Positions 63,088-64,000 of a DNA stretch of 64,000 nucleotides are shown in pieces. A model generated the notes under the pieces. The model saw nothing but the letters and a program-made list of their open reading frames with translations. It was not told where the DNA came from and did no database searches. The stretch is from a virus. The first letter of the stretch is position 1. Each line of letters opens with the position of its first letter. The DNA lies in the IMG/VR virus record IMGVR_UViG_3300045988_154312, positions 165,889 through 229,888 of that record. One strand, 5' to 3'. The position numbers and the translations under genes were made by a program.

Positions 63088-64000
63088 ATGATGAATAAAA
63101 AAACAATCTTAACAACTTTTGTATTGACAGCAGTAACAGCATCTACATTTGCAGCCGGTTTAGACAATACTGTAAATCCTACAGCAGCACATTATGGTGC
63201 TGAAGCTTATGGTTATACTAATACAATTACTGAAACAGGTAGGTCTGCATTTGCAGTTGGTTATAACAATACTGTAAGTGCTAATAATGCATTAGTTTAT
63301 GGTATTGGAAACAAAGCAGAAGGTATTAATAGTTTAGTTGGTGGCGAATACTCAAAAGCTACCGGCAGAAATTCTGTTGCAATCGGTTCTCATGCTGAAG
63401 CATTACAAGATAATACATTTGCTATTGGATCTCAAGCTCGCACTGCTGCAGATAATACTGTAGCTATTGGTAATGGGGCATATGCTGAAAATGAAAATGC
63501 ATTAGCATTTGGTAGTTCAGTAAATGCTACTGGCAAAAATTCTATTGTTATTGGTATGAATGCAAAAGCTATTGCAAATGATAGTATTGCTTTAGGAGCT
63601 AATTCTATTGCTAATATTAATGCTGGTAAAGATGGTTATGGTTCAAATAATAATATATCGGCTACTTGGAAATCCACGGCATCTGCTGTGTCCATTGGTG
63701 ATGTAGCGAATGGCGTAACGCGTCAAATTACATCCGTTGCAGCTGGTACAAATGATACTGATGCAGTGAATGTGGCACAACTTAAAGAAGTGGATAATAA
63801 AATTAATAATATTGGCAATATTTCTATTGCTCAAGCTAATCATTATGCAGACCAACAAGTAAATAAAGGCGTTGCCAAAGCATCTGCTCTTGCTGGTCTT
63901 AAATTCTTAGATTACAATCCTAAAGATAAGTGGTCCTTCGCGGCCAGTGTAGGCCATTACCGTAATGCTAATGCAGTTGCCGTAGGCGCTGCATACCAAC
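63088..64000 (+). CDS. YadA-like trimeric autotransporter adhesin (3-prime end truncated by the window; absent from the ORF track because no stop is reached)
   Basis: Own translation: signal peptide MMNKKTILTTFVLTAVTASTFA; head repeats (NSVAIGSHAEA, TFAIGSQART, TVAIGNGAYA, ALAFGSSVNA, SIVIGMNAKA, SIALGANSIA); neck ...RQITSVAAGTNDTDAVNVAQLK; anchor ...ALAGLKFLDYNP..WSFAASVGHYRNANAVAVGAAYQ. Confidence 0.85.
   Translation, partial: MMNKKTILTTFVLTAVTASTFAAGLDNTVNPTAAHYGAEAYGYTNTITETGRSAFAVGYNNTVSANNALVYGIGNKAEGINSLVGGEYSKATGRNSVAIGSHAEALQDNTFAIGSQARTAADNTVAIGNGAYAENENALAFGSSVNATGKNSIVIGMNAKAIANDSIALGANSIANINAGKDGYGSNNNISATWKSTASAVSIGDVANGVTRQITSVAAGTNDTDAVNVAQLKEVDNKINNIGNISIAQANHYADQQVNKGVAKASALAGLKFLDYNPKDKWSFAASVGHYRNANAVAVGAAYQ

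Noticed and set aside
321-63858. All minus-strand ORFs in the six-frame track (for example 321..749, 919..1236, 9186..9446, 26345..26674, 37588..37875, 44770..45162, 53839..54183, 63643..63858)
   Set aside because: Each lies antisense to a better + strand gene with recognisable motifs or an SD. They are low-complexity translations, none has an SD, and none shows family resemblance.

Overview
Every credible gene in this window is on the + strand, the sequence is very AT-rich by eye, and the content looks like part of a large dsDNA phage or prophage. The host is probably a low-GC diderm bacterium (inferred from an encoded YadA-type autotransporter). No virion structural genes, tRNAs, CRISPR arrays, reverse transcriptase or integrase were recognised.

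Layout:
- 1-1.3 kb: two noticeably higher-GC ORFs, each with a terminator.
- 1.3-5.1 kb: about 3.8 kb of non-coding, repeat-dense DNA. It holds GC-rich GCGAGCGAAGCGAGC islands, four hairpin repeats with compensatory changes, three hairpin-plus-terminator units, four perfect 14-bp iterons, and a TA-rich tract.
- 5.4-31 kb: a tightly packed array of about 90 small ORFs. It is dominated by one expanded family of about 65-aa proteins that end in a tyrosine-rich YYxY[IL]xL tail (21 intact copies plus 1 copy with an in-frame stop), plus several tandem paralog pairs.
- 31.0-32.9 kb: an IStron-like element (group I ribozyme, intact TnpB, omega-RNA-like 3-prime end).
- 33-63 kb: a replication, recombination and nucleotide-metabolism module. 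Calls: 3D-domain protein, guanylate kinase, ClpP, ClpX, SSB, ThyA, DHFR, RecA, Hjc-like nuclease, UDG-like protein, Rad52-like annealase, NrdG, AAA+ ATPase, DUF1257-like and DUF2997-like proteins, UvrD/PcrA helicase, a Pnkp-like kinase-phosphatase-ligase, HNH endonuclease, HU.
- 63.1 kb to the window end: a promoter-equipped YadA-like trimeric autotransporter, truncated by the window.

Most notable observations:
- The YY-tail family expansion.
- Self-splicing elements: recA is split inside Walker A by a 213-nt ORF-less group I intron; the AAA+ ATPase is split after Walker B by a roughly 1.5-kb intron carrying an HNH endonuclease with six tandem zinc modules; the IStron; and a possible fourth intron-like RNA at 28.46-28.88 kb.
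- A uvrD gene that needs a +1 frameshift inside Walker A.
- The structured non-coding region with candidate sRNA units and a candidate origin.
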